Notes: a model not told the origin generated them from the sequence alone. Shown: positions 10,747-21,150, counted from the stretch's first letter. The stretch is DNA of 64,000 nt from an uncultured delta proteobacterium (GCA_963803435.1 CAWDML010000001.1:1920001-1984000), one strand, 5' to 3'. A program made the numbers and translations.

Positions 10747-12289
10747 TCAGAAGTGAACGCCTGCACCCGCGCCCGCATGAAACGTGATCGACGCGCGGCG
10801 GGCGGCGCTGTCTGCGGTCTGACCCGTGCGGAGGAAGTAGGTAGGAAGCGCCGCCTCTACGCGAAAGTAGAACCTGTCCACCGGTATCTCACCCAAGGCG
10901 ACCGGGCCGCCGAACAGTCCGTAGGAGGTGCGATTCGCGGTGAGCTCGTCGTCGAAGCGCTGCACGAGCCGAATGCCTCCGACCTCGAGCCCGAGCGACA
11001 GTGAGATCGGCCCCAGGTCGAAGGCGCGGAGGGCCGCCAGGGCGATCGTCAGCTCCATCGTGTCGATGGCGATGCGGTCGTTGAGCGCGTGCGCGGCGCC
11101 GACGCCGAGGCGAGCCTCGAGCGAGAGCTCGGCCAGATCGTAGCGAAGACCGATCGCCGTCTGCCAGGCCGGACCGCCCTGCTGGATCGATCCCCGGACG
11201 CCGCCCAGTGCGAACGCCGATCCCACCGCGGTCACGGTGGTGCCGCCCTTGCGGACCACCCGCGCGAAGTCGACGCGCGACATGGTGTCCAGGTCCACCG
11301 ATCGGGCGGCGCCCTCCTTCACCTCGAACGTGCCCACCAGCAGATGGTCGGTGGCGCGGCGCGTGACCCGGTACTCCGCCGCCGGGAGAGCGAGCGCGCG
11401 GGAGCCGGTGTCGAGGCTGACCTCGGCCACTGCGACGCCCCGACCAGGCTCTTCGACCAGGTAGCGGCCGGGCTCGTCGAAGCGCAACACGCCGATGCGA
11501 CCGCGCGCCGTACGCACGTCGGTGAGCACGAGATCGTCCCGGCCCTTGAGCTCGAATCCGATACGTCGGATGCTGCGGCCCGGCAATCGTGACGTTCGTG
11601 GCCGCGAGCGTGCGCGACGAGGCATAAGCGAACGCTTCGCCCAGGCTCACCTCTCCGTCGCCGTTCTCGTCTCCGGCGCCCAGCATGGCCGAGGCGAAGT
11701 AGTGGGTGAAGAACGACGCGCGCAGCTGATCCGACTCCTGCGAGTCCTCGCCCGCCGCGCTCGAGGCCAGGATCGCGACACCCTCGGCCGCTACCGGCGC
11801 CTGCATCACGACCGGAAACATCGGGCCGCGCCAGCCGCCCTTGACGCGGGTCAAGGCGCCCGAGCGACACGCATCGAGCACGAGGATCCGCGTGCGTGCG
11901 CTGGAGCCGACGACGCGATCGCGGAGCGTGGCGAGGGGAAAGCGGGTCCCGTCGATGTGGAGCGCTTCACCGTCGGAGTGCCCCGAGTAGTAGACGAGCA
12001 GCAGCGACTCTGGATCGCCGTCGTCGAACCGCGCTTCGATCGCATCGAGCGCGGCCCCCAGCTGGGGCGCGCTCGCGCCGGTGAGCGTCACCACGTCGGA
12101 GTCGGCGAACCCGCCGATGGTCCGCAGGATGTCGGCGATTCGCTCGGCGTCCTGCTCGGCATAGCGCAGCTCGACGTCGCTCGGATCGCCGCGGTTGACG
12201 CCGACGACCACCGCGCGGCGTGTCGCAGCGGCCGCCTCCGCTCCCGCCAGGAGCCCGAGGATCGCCAGCGCGGTGGGCGCTCGGATCAT
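10747..12289 (-). CDS. Secreted caspase-like (peptidase C14) protein with C-terminal beta-barrel-like region (frameshift near 11557)
   Basis: Signal peptide; YYSGHSDG and VLDACRSG His/Cys dyad; continues FELKGRDDLVLT in ORF 10747..11625, ending in amphipathic strands and terminal Phe. Confidence 0.85.
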
Positions 12290-13014
12290 GGGGTCTTCTC
12301 GAGGACGAACGCGGTCTCGGCGCAGTCGAGCGCGATCCGATCCACGTTGGCCGGATGACCGCCCGCCGCCGCCAGCGCATCCTCCAGGCTCCGCTGGATG
12401 ACGTCGCGCGGCAGGGGCCTGTTGCAGAGCATCGCCACGATCCTCTCCGGACCGAGCGTATCATCGAGGGTGATGCTGCCGTCGAGGAGCTGTCCCCGCC
12501 CCGCTTCGATCGCGAGGCTCTCGCCCTCGTCGGGATAATAGAGCGTGACCCGGGGACCCGAGTCGAGAGACGCGATCGTGAGGTATCCCGCGTCGTTCGC
12601 GCTGACGCGGAAGCGGATCGCCTCGCCCGACGCGACGCGGCTTCCGGGCAGCAGCTGCTCCACCCGCCCATCCTCGTGTCGCACCACGACATCCAATGCG
12701 AGGCCGCCCTTCGGGCGCTCGGTCGGAGGGGGTGGCCGGACCAGGAACAAGAGCAACGCCGCCGCCAGCGCCGACAGCGCGCCCAGCGCCACGATCCGCC
12801 GGGGACGGCGTGCGCGGGCCACCCAGAGCTCCGCCGGGAAGGTCGCCTTCGCCGCCTCGAGCCGCTGCAAGCGCGCGGCGCAGCTCGAGCACGAAGCCGC
12901 GTGCGCCTTCACCGCGGCGGACAGCTCCGTCCCTTCTCGGATCTCGCCCGCGATCCAGCGGTCGAGGATCAGATCGGACAGACACGTCTCGGCCCGCTGC
13001 CTGGTGATGGTCAT
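12286..13014 (-). CDS. Membrane anti-sigma factor (zf-HC2-like, TM, DUF4384-like domain)
   Basis: HAASCSSC motif, TM helix, GEAIRFRVS..GYL..VTLYYP; follows ECF sigma gene. Confidence 0.8.
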   Translation of the reverse strand: MTITRQRAETCLSDLILDRWIAGEIREGTELSAAVKAHAASCSSCAARLQRLEAAKATFPAELWVARARRPRRIVALGALSALAAALLLFLVRPPPPTERPKGGLALDVVVRHEDGRVEQLLPGSRVASGEAIRFRVSANDAGYLTIASLDSGPRVTLYYPDEGESLAIEAGRGQLLDGSITLDDTLGPERIVAMLCNRPLPRDVIQRSLEDALAAAGGHPANVDRIALDCAETAFVLEKTP

Positions 13015-13496
13015 GCGACCTCCTCCGACTCGCCCACCGCGAGCCTCGCCTGCTTGCGGAACTCTTCGAGCCGGTTCCCGACGGTCCGGCGCGATACGCC
13101 CAGGATCTCGGCGATCTCGGCTTGATTCATCTGATCGAGATAGTAGTAGACGGCGATCTGCGCCATCTCCTCCGGGACGCGCGACAGCAGCTCGAGGACC
13201 AGCACTTGCTGCTCCGGCCCTTCGCTCGACGCCGGGGCGTCCGGGCGGGCCGAGACGAGCTCCGCCCGCCGCTGCGCATTCCTGCGCACGTTCAGGCAGT
13301 AGTTGGTCGTGACTCGATACAGCCAGGTGGTGGGAGACACGTTCTCCCAGAACTCCACCTTGGAGCGAATCGCTCGCACGAAGACCTCCTGCATCGCATC
13401 ACCCGCCGCCTGCTCGTCTCCCAGGATGGCGCACGCACGTCGAAACACCATCGAGCCGTGAGCTCGATAGAGCTGGTCGAGAGTGGCGCGATCCAT
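13011..13496 (-). CDS. ECF sigma factor
   Basis: AGDAMQEVF, TWLYRVTTNYCLN and EIAEILGVSRRTVGNRL. Confidence 0.92.
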   Translation of the reverse strand: MDRATLDQLYRAHGSMVFRRACAILGDEQAAGDAMQEVFVRAIRSKVEFWENVSPTTWLYRVTTNYCLNVRRNAQRRAELVSARPDAPASSEGPEQQVLVLELLSRVPEEMAQIAVYYYLDQMNQAEIAEILGVSRRTVGNRLEEFRKQARLAVGESEEVA

Positions 13497-13606
13497 CCGC
13501 CTTCTCGTTGAACCCGCGATCGGCCGCCGAGGGCAAGTCGTGCCCGATTTCGGGCGAAGCCCTGAGTCACTCGATCCGCGGGCCCCGCCGAGGTCTTCCG
13601 CTGTCC

Positions 13607-14239
13607 TCACGGGAGGTCGCGATAGCTCGGACGATCGCGCGCACCCCGCGCCGCCGCGCACGCGTCGAAGAACAGGTACGTCACCCGCAGCCAGGACTCG
13701 TAGAGCGTGAAGCCCAGCCGATAGAGCGCCGAATCCGGGATCTGGGCCGCGAACGGCTGCACGCTCGCGCCCGCGCACTGAAAGAGACGCTGCGCTCGGG
13801 CCAGATGGTACGGCGAGCTCACCACGATCACGGACACATCCTTCCTGCCCAGCCGGCGGCGGAGCAGCGCCACTGAGAAGCGGGCGTTCGTGATGGTCGA
13901 GGTGGAGCGGCGCTCCATGAGGACCACGGCCTCGGGCACGCCCAGCCGGAGCGCCAGCGCCCGCATGACCTCGGCCTCCACGAACGCCCCGGTCTTCCCG
14001 CCGCTCAGGACGAGGATCGGCGCCCTGCCCTCCCGGAAGATTCGGACGCCCGCCTCCACGCGACGCCGCGTCTCCGGCCGCACCTCGCCCCGTGCATCGG
14101 CCGCGGGACGGTTGCCGAGCACCACGATGGCATCGGCGGTCCTGAGGGGTGCGAGCTCCGGCAACACCGAGCAGCCCGAGGCGATCAGAACAGATAGTAG
14201 TAGAGGGCGGCGCCCACCACCGCCAGCACGAGCAGCCAT
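13607..14239 (-). CDS. YdcF/DUF218 family protein
   Basis: DAIVVLG, LVLSGG, EAEVM, E.RSTSTITNA and VVSSPYHLARA motifs. Confidence 0.9.
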   Translation of the reverse strand: MAARAGGGGRRPLLLSVLIASGCSVLPELAPLRTADAIVVLGNRPAADARGEVRPETRRRVEAGVRIFREGRAPILVLSGGKTGAFVEAEVMRALALRLGVPEAVVLMERRSTSTITNARFSVALLRRRLGRKDVSVIVVSSPYHLARAQRLFQCAGASVQPFAAQIPDSALYRLGFTLYESWLRVTYLFFDACAAARGARDRPSYRDLP

Positions 14240-15201
14240 ACGCCCCAGTTCCCCCGGCGCTCGGCGGGCAGGATCAGCGAGTCACCCGCAGGGGTGAGCG
14301 GACGCGGGCTCCGGCGCGCCGCCGGCGCGGTATTGACGGCGATCCGGGGTCCCGAGGCGCTCTGCACCCGCACCACCGGACGGCTCGGATCGACGGGCGG
14401 CATCGTCGGCTGACCCTCCTCCGCGCCGTTCGTCCGCACCCGCAGCCGCTCGACCGGCGTCGGCGGGTAGCTCTTCGAGAGCGTCTCGTTCGCCAACCGA
14501 TCCTCGGCGCCGTAATGATCGGCATCGATGGACGGATGATGCCCTTCGGAGATCGTCGCCTCGGCGACCAGATCGTGCCGTCTCCTCCCGGGCGCCTCGG
14601 CCTCGAGGACGTCGGTCTCGACGGGCTCGGGCGGCGGCAGGATCTCGTCGTCCATCGTACTCGGCTCGGGCGGCAGCGTCGGGAGATGCTCGAGGTCCTC
14701 GTCATCCTCGTCGTCGTCGTCGTCGATCGGTTCGGGCTCCACCAGCGAGGGCGGTGGGAGCAGGCTCTCCACCGTGGCGCCCACGCACGCGATCACCTCC
14801 TCGCGTGCGGCGGGGGCGCCGAGCGTGTCGCGGATCCAGGTCCGGAGCTGATCGGCGTCGCGCGGACGCTCGGTCGGATCCTCGCTGGTCAGCCGCGCGA
14901 GCAGGCTGCGCGCGGTGGCCGGCACGATGTCGGCGTCCGATCCGTCTCCCAGCATCTCGGCGACCAGCGGCGCGATGTCGTCGAGGTTGCCGGGATCTTC
15001 GGAGCGCAGCATGGCGACCCCGCGATGATCGATCAGCACGTCGTCCAGGCGGGGTCGGCGCGAAGGCGTCTCCGGCTGGGCCAGGAGGTCATCCAGTATG
15101 GAGACCGCCACGGCCACCGGAAGCGCGACACCGCGCGCGTTCCAGGCCCGGACCAGCTCAACCAGTCTTGCTTGCGGGGCTCGATGAGGACTGGCTTCCA
15201 T
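14185..15201 (-). CDS. Tail-anchored protein with degenerate kinase C-lobe-like N-terminus
   Basis: LPVAVAVSI / DVLIDHRGVAML / ARLTSEDPTERPRDADQLR; acidic Pro-rich linker; C-terminal TM. Confidence 0.65.
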   Translation of the reverse strand: MEASPHRAPQARLVELVRAWNARGVALPVAVAVSILDDLLAQPETPSRRPRLDDVLIDHRGVAMLRSEDPGNLDDIAPLVAEMLGDGSDADIVPATARSLLARLTSEDPTERPRDADQLRTWIRDTLGAPAAREEVIACVGATVESLLPPPSLVEPEPIDDDDDEDDEDLEHLPTLPPEPSTMDDEILPPPEPVETDVLEAEAPGRRRHDLVAEATISEGHHPSIDADHYGAEDRLANETLSKSYPPTPVERLRVRTNGAEEGQPTMPPVDPSRPVVRVQSASGPRIAVNTAPAARRSPRPLTPAGDSLILPAERRGNWGVWLLVLAVVGAALYYYLF

Positions 15202-15574
15202 CCGATCCTTCCACCATTTGTCGCGACAGCGTCAGGAGGCGGTTCAACTCGTTCGGATCCGACTCCTTGAATCGCAGCGCCATTCCGCGGGTCCGGGCCG
15301 TGACCTTCGAACCCGTGGAGACCGGCTCCTCCTCCACGCGAACGACCTCGGCGCGCATCTTGATCGGACGGACGCCCGGGCCGGGCGCGATCTCCAGGGC
15401 CACCTCGGTGCCCAGCTCGAGACCGACGGTCGTGTCGATGAACACACCCCCTGCCGAGATGTTCCGGCTGATATCGGCGTATCCCTCCGACGGCCGACCC
15501 AGGTGTCGGAACTCGACGTGCAGCTCCACCGGAAGCCGTGCGGACTTGCGACGTTCGGCTCCAGGGTGCGCCAT
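15158..15574 (-). CDS. PilZ domain protein (myxococcal type)
   Basis: RRKSAR (RxxxR) and NISAGG (D/NxSxxG) c-di-GMP-binding motifs; GMALRF. Confidence 0.9.
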   Translation of the reverse strand: MAHPGAERRKSARLPVELHVEFRHLGRPSEGYADISRNISAGGVFIDTTVGLELGTEVALEIAPGPGVRPIKMRAEVVRVEEEPVSTGSKVTARTRGMALRFKESDPNELNRLLTLSRQMVEGSDGSQSSSSPASKTG

Positions 15575-15675
15575 CTCGCCGGCATCCTAGCAAAAGACGG
15601 GATCCTCGGTCTAACCTCGGCCGCGTTCTTGTCGTTTGGGTCCCGTCGGGGGTCCAAGGACGTATAGCGGAAGGG

Positions 15676-16422
15676 ATGCGCACACCCACCTCCATCCTGA
15701 TCTTGGCCCTCCTGTGGGGTTGCGAGCAGGACGTCATCGACAAGGGGCGCCGCGACACCGGCGTGGTCCCCGACTCCGGCCTCGTGGGTGCGCTGCCGCT
15801 CCGGGCGGGGATGACCTTCACCTACGCCGCGACCCTCACCTACCGGAGCGACGCGGTCGCGGAAGAAACCTCGCTGTACACGCTCACCGTCCACATCGCC
15901 TCGGTCGACGATCAGGGCCCGGGCGCGAGCAGCCTGACGTTCACGGCCACCGGCGCGCAGACCCTCGACGACGACTGGCAGGCCACCTCGGACTTCGATC
16001 TCTGGACGTCGCGTCTCGGCCCGTCCCTCGGGACCGATCGACTCTCCCTCTCGGCGGTGGAGGACCCGCTCTCCGATCCGCCGCTGATCCCGCCCTTCCC
16101 GATGCCGCCGAAGGCGCTGCCCCAGCCGGGCACCTTCTTCTTCGACGTGCGCGCGATCGACGCCATCGGGGCCGCGTTCGTGGAGGCGCACCAGGGCCAG
16201 CAGCCGCAGCTGGTCAACCCGGAGACGGCCGCCGCCGGCACCTGGGCGTTCTCGTACGACGGCCCCGATCCGACCACGATCTATTATCTCGCCAACAAGA
16301 ACCGCAGCGTGCGACTCGAGTATCACCGGGACGGCTGGCTCGTGCGGCTCGATGAGACCGTCGGCAACTCCTCCGTCCCCCCTGCGTCGCACGCGACGTT
16401 GATCCTGATGTCCGGACCGTGA
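15676..16422 (+). CDS. Hypothetical lipoprotein
   Basis: MRTPTSILILALLWGC lipobox; GC3-rich codon usage. Confidence 0.75.
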   Translation: MRTPTSILILALLWGCEQDVIDKGRRDTGVVPDSGLVGALPLRAGMTFTYAATLTYRSDAVAEETSLYTLTVHIASVDDQGPGASSLTFTATGAQTLDDDWQATSDFDLWTSRLGPSLGTDRLSLSAVEDPLSDPPLIPPFPMPPKALPQPGTFFFDVRAIDAIGAAFVEAHQGQQPQLVNPETAAAGTWAFSYDGPDPTTIYYLANKNRSVRLEYHRDGWLVRLDETVGNSSVPPASHATLILMSGP

Positions 16423-16423
16423 G

Positions 16424-19255
16424 ATGAAACGACTCCTCTTCTGCCTCCTCTTCACGGCGTGCGACTGCAACGGCGGGATGACCACGCCGCCCTGCACCAT
16501 GGATGCGGACTGTCGCATGGGCGAGCGCTGCACCATGGACGGGACCTGCGTGGTCGGCGCCGAGTGCGTGAACGATCAGGAGTGCGTGACCCAGGATCCC
16601 CGGAAGACCTGCAACCTGGAGACGTTCGCCTGCGACTTCCGCGAGGGCTTCGGCGACGCGTGCGACGCCGCCCGGCCCTGCCCGTTCGGCGAGTTCTGCT
16701 CCACGCTGCTCGGCCTCTGCCTCGACAACGCCTCGAGCCGCGACTGCACGCGGCGGGCGCAGTGTCCGATCAACCAGATCTGCGACCGCCAGGCGGACAA
16801 GTGCATCCCGGATCCCGGCTGCTACGGGGACGCGTTCTGTGAGACGGGCGAGACCTGCGATCTGGTGAACCACGACTGCCGCGCGCTCTCGATCGAGTGC
16901 ACGAGCTGCGTGCTGACCGGGACCTGCGAGGGCACCGCGCTCTGTTACGTGGACACCAAGGAGTGCCTCACGGGCGATCAGGAGGCGGCCTGCACGGAGG
17001 GAGAGACCTGCGACCCGCTCGGCCGCTGCGTCCAGTGCGCCAACAGCACCGAGTGCGGGCCCGGCCTGTTCTGCAACGTCTCGATCGGCCGCTGTGAGAG
17101 CAACGTCCAGTGCGCCGACGATCCCAGCCTCTGTCCCGACACGCCCGAGGTCACGTGCGTCATGTGCGAGAGCGGGCAGGTCTGCGACCCGATCACGAAG
17201 CACTGCCAGGCGCCGCCGACGATCTGCGAGACCGACGTCGAGTGCCCGAATGATCAGGTCTGCGATCTGGCGGTCGAGCCCCACGTGTGCAGGCAGCGGA
17301 TCCCGGACTGCCTCAACGATCTGCTCGACGAGCCGCGGAACGACAACGTCGCCTCCGCCCACCTGCTGGAGTCGGGCACCAGCGACTTCACCGAGCTCAA
17401 GGTGTGCCCGGGCGACGTCGACTGGTACCGGCTCGACATCGATCCGGGGACCTACCTGACGATCGACGCCCGCTTCCACGAGCTCGACGGCGACATCGAC
17501 ATGCAGCTGTTCCTGGCCGACGGCCATACGCTGGTCGACGAGTCCCGCACGGTCACCGACAACGAGCGCGTCGAGGTCTTGGTCGGGACGCAGCTGACAC
17601 TGTTCCTCAAGGTGTTCCTGGCGGTCCCCACCGTGCGCGACGTCCCCTATCGCCTGGTGGTGGCCCGCGATCCCGGCGAGATCTGCATGGACGATGCCAA
17701 CGAGCCGGACGACGGCCCGATCGACGCGAAGCAGCTCTTCAGCGACATGCCCTACGAGGGCCGACTCTGCTCCGCCGACCCGGACTGGTTCGTGCTCCGC
17801 AACGTGGCGGCCGGGACGCGCATCGAGGCGACGCTCGAGTTCGTCGACAACCTCGGCGACCTGGATCTGGAGCTCTATCGCGCCGGTCAGACCGCACCCC
17901 AGATCGTGGCCAACTCGACCGACGACGACGAACACCTCGGCTACGACGCCAGCTTCGGCGGCAACTTCTACCTGCGCGTGGTCGGCAAGGGGACCGACAC
18001 CAACGTCTACACGCTCCGGGTGGTCCTGCGCGAGGGTCAGGGCGGCGTGTGTCTCGACGATCCGTTCGAGCCGAACGATACGCCGCTGACGGCGACCTCG
18101 AGCGGCGCGGTGGTGAACCGGATCAGCGATCTCACGCTATGCGCCGGAGATCAGGACTGGTACCAGGTCCACCTGGCGCCGAACGACGCGATCACGGCCG
18201 ACATCGGCTTCGACCCGCATGCGGACCTCGACCTGGCGCTCTACCCGGCGGGCATCACCAACCCCAACGTGACGCCGCTCGAGATCTCGAACAGCACCGA
18301 GCCGCGGGAGTACCTGGCCCGCCGCGACGCCTTCGGCGGCGACTTCCTGCTCCGCGTCTATGGGCACCGGCAGCAGGACCTCAGCCCCTACCAGCTCGAC
18401 GTGCGCACCGGGCCGCTCAACACCTGCGCGCCCGACTTCATCGATCAGATGGGTCGCGGCGACAGCATGGCCGACCCGTTCTTGATCCAGAACCCGCCGT
18501 TCCCGCCGCCGCCCTTCCACGAGAACCTCACGATCTGCGGCGCCGACGACGACTGGATCCGCGTGTTTCTACCGGGCGGCAACGTCAACTACATCCAGAC
18601 GCACTTCCTCAGCTCCGACTCGATCGTGGACTTCCAGCTCTGGCAGGGCACGAGTCAGCTCTTCACCTCGTTGGGCCAGCCGTTCGCGAACTTCCGCGAG
18701 GCGATCGTGACGATCCCCGGTGCGGGCATCGCGGTGGCGGACATCCACATCGTCCGGACCACCGGCGTGAACGGCCTCTATTCACTCTCGCTGGATCTGG
18801 CGCCGGTCTTCCCGTGCCTCGACGATCCCTACGAGCCGGACAACAGCGCGCTGATGCCCTCGATGGCGGCCAGCTCGAGCACCGCGCCGGTGTTGATCAC
18901 CGATGGGACGCTGTGCGCCTCGGTCCGAGACGCCACCGACACCGGGGACGAGGACTGGTACGTCCTGAACCCGCCGGCCGTGGGGGCACGGATCAACGCC
19001 TCGGTCGAGTTCACCGACGGCGACCTCCTGCTCGAGCTCTTGTCCCCGGGCGGCTTTGCCCGGGCCTGCACGAACCTCGGCCCCGATCGCTGCTACTCCG
19101 ACGGCGGCGGTTTCAGCGAGATGGTCTCCTTCACGGCCACCACCACGATGCCGTACTTCCTCCGCGTCAGCAGCATCTACAGCTCGCCGAACGTCCAGGT
19201 CCGCCCGCCGAACATCGACACTTCCTACCAGCTGAGTGTCGGTTACACTCCGTAG
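16424..19255 (+). CDS. Cys-rich repeat lipoprotein with multiple PPC-like domains
   Basis: FTAC lipobox; repeated Cys modules; repeated D..EPND, D.DWY and DLDL.L units. Confidence 0.8.
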   Translation: MKRLLFCLLFTACDCNGGMTTPPCTMDADCRMGERCTMDGTCVVGAECVNDQECVTQDPRKTCNLETFACDFREGFGDACDAARPCPFGEFCSTLLGLCLDNASSRDCTRRAQCPINQICDRQADKCIPDPGCYGDAFCETGETCDLVNHDCRALSIECTSCVLTGTCEGTALCYVDTKECLTGDQEAACTEGETCDPLGRCVQCANSTECGPGLFCNVSIGRCESNVQCADDPSLCPDTPEVTCVMCESGQVCDPITKHCQAPPTICETDVECPNDQVCDLAVEPHVCRQRIPDCLNDLLDEPRNDNVASAHLLESGTSDFTELKVCPGDVDWYRLDIDPGTYLTIDARFHELDGDIDMQLFLADGHTLVDESRTVTDNERVEVLVGTQLTLFLKVFLAVPTVRDVPYRLVVARDPGEICMDDANEPDDGPIDAKQLFSDMPYEGRLCSADPDWFVLRNVAAGTRIEATLEFVDNLGDLDLELYRAGQTAPQIVANSTDDDEHLGYDASFGGNFYLRVVGKGTDTNVYTLRVVLREGQGGVCLDDPFEPNDTPLTATSSGAVVNRISDLTLCAGDQDWYQVHLAPNDAITADIGFDPHADLDLALYPAGITNPNVTPLEISNSTEPREYLARRDAFGGDFLLRVYGHRQQDLSPYQLDVRTGPLNTCAPDFIDQMGRGDSMADPFLIQNPPFPPPPFHENLTICGADDDWIRVFLPGGNVNYIQTHFLSSDSIVDFQLWQGTSQLFTSLGQPFANFREAIVTIPGAGIAVADIHIVRTTGVNGLYSLSLDLAPVFPCLDDPYEPDNSALMPSMAASSSTAPVLITDGTLCASVRDATDTGDEDWYVLNPPAVGARINASVEFTDGDLLLELLSPGGFARACTNLGPDRCYSDGGGFSEMVSFTATTTMPYFLRVSSIYSSPNVQVRPPNIDTSYQLSVGYTP

Positions 19256-19260
19256 TCGCC

Positions 19261-20354
19261 GTGCTCGGCGTCCTCGCGCTGCTCGCCATCGCCCAGACCA
19301 GCACCACTACGCCCGAGGTCCGCACGCTGCGCGTGGTGCTGCTCCCCACCTACGCCAAGCCGCTGGCCCGGGGCCCGAGCGCGCTCGACGGCCACCTCCT
19401 GCGCGCGTTCACCGTCGCGCTCCACGACCAGGCCCGCGAGACGTTCCACTGGCGGCGCTGGTCCGTCCCCCCGCGCGGATCGTCGCCAAGGCGGTGGACG
19501 ACTGGGGCGGCCAGACGAAGTGCCTCGACGCCCGCTGCTACGACGGCATCGCGATCAAGCTGCAGGCGACGCACTGGCTGGCGGCCCGCCTGGTGGAAGG
19601 TCCCAAGCGGAGCTGCTTCGCCACGGTGGTGCTCGAGGATCTCCTCGAGGGCGAGCGCGACTATCGCGCCCAGCGGAAGATCGCGCCCTGCACGATCGAC
19701 AACGCGGTGGCCGCCGCCCAGGATCTGGGCCGCCAGGTCGCAAGGGGTCCGCGCACGCCGATCCGCATCACCGAGAGCTTCACCGACCTCGCCGCGCCCT
19801 CGCTCTCGATCCCCTCGCTCCCCGATCTGAAGTCGCTCGCGACCAGCACCACGCCCCGCGACCGCAAGGACCTCACCCTCGACCGCGCCCTTGGCGTCTA
19901 CAAGCGCCACTACCTGATCGCGTTCAGCCAGGAGCTCGACGACGACTGGCACACCTTCGTCGCCCGCAACGGCAAGCTCGTCGACGAGTGCACCGTCCGC
20001 AAGGCCGCCGGTCTCGAGATCTCCGACGCCCTCGACGAGTACTGCCACGGCAACAACTGGGAGTGGGCCTGGCTCGGCGTCCCCGTCGGCGCCGTCGTCT
20101 CCCTCGGCTCCATCCGCGGCCTCCAACACGGCACCGCCCCCGGCGTCCTCGGCTTCGTCTTCGGCGCCCTCGCCTCCCTGGTCTCCGGCACCCTCGCCCT
20201 CGCGCTGAACGTGGACTCCGCCGATCCGAAGAGCGGCGAGTACTGGTCCCACTGGCTCGACCTCGAGCGCATGGTGGAGACGGGCAACGAGGAGCTGCGG
20301 AGGAAGCTCCACCTCAGCGCGGCGGAGGTGGAGGCGGCGGGGATGCGGCGGTAG
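19261..20354 (+). CDS. Hypothetical membrane protein (frameshift near 19447)
   Basis: Signal-like N-terminus VLGVLALLAIAQ in one frame; body and two C-terminal TM helices in ORF 19236..20354. Confidence 0.55.
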
Positions 20355-20390
20355 GCCCGTGATCAGGCTTCGCTCGAAGCCGACGACGTA

Positions 20391-20772
20391 GAACCGGTCC
20401 GAAAACGTCCGAATCGTTGTCAGGGTGGTCAGTGGACGGCGCTTCCGCGCGGATTCAGCTCCGGGTCGACGTGTCACGCTCGGTTCCAGCGATGGTGTGC
20501 AGCGGGACTCGTCAAATCGATCCTTGCGGAGCTGCTTCGGTACTACGACAAGCGGCGCGGCATACAGTGGGCATGGAGCTCGCTTGATAGCGCGATGGCA
20601 AAGGCACCCAAAGGGGGATCTGACGGGCCCCAATCCCACCGATCGCGCCAAGTCCGGCGTGAAGCGGCATATCCTCACGGATGGGCGCTGGCGGCGGAGA
20701 ATCTCCCTTCATGAGCTGAAGACGAACAGCGAATGCCAGAACAAGTGCAACAGGGAATAGCGAACGGAACGG
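20391..20772 (+). mobile_element. Internally deleted IS5-family element with transposase fragment
   Basis: GQWTALP..STCHARFQRW..AG..WAWSSLDSAMAKAPKGG, then past AAAGGGGG in a shifted frame LTGPNPTDRAKSGVKRHILTDGR; ends shared with MITE at 35418-35554. Confidence 0.85.
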
Positions 20773-20799
20773 ATGTCTGGCGCTTCGGCCCGCAGCAGG

Positions 20800-20985
20800 A
20801 AGCCCGCCTCGTGCAGGATCCGTCGCACCTCGTGTTGCAGCTCGAAGCCGCACCTCCAGCGTCCCGTCTCCCTTCTTGGCTGACCCGTCAGGGCAGGATG
20901 AGAGACGGCGCTATGGCGTTGCGACTCAGGGCCCCAGGAAGGGTTGTGTCCAGGGGGAAGTTGGGGAAAGGCGACCGCCGCTCGT
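20800..20985 (-). mobile_element. Possible IS110-family remnant (left non-coding end plus transposase scrap)
   Basis: Structured region ending in RBS-like AAGAAGGGAG, followed by DAG(G)CGFELQ (needs one indel), resembling the IS110 EAGxCGFxL motif. Confidence 0.4.
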
Positions 20986-21150
20986 GAGTGATGCCGCACT
21001 TGGGGCCTCGCCGGGAGCGGGAGCGCGCCACCTCTGCGCAACGCACCCCGATCCGATCGCCGACCCGCGATCGATCACAGTCCGCTCGAGACCAACCCGC
21101 GACGACTTCGTCCCTCCGAAGCCGACGACCGCGGTGCCAGCCCAGCGCCC

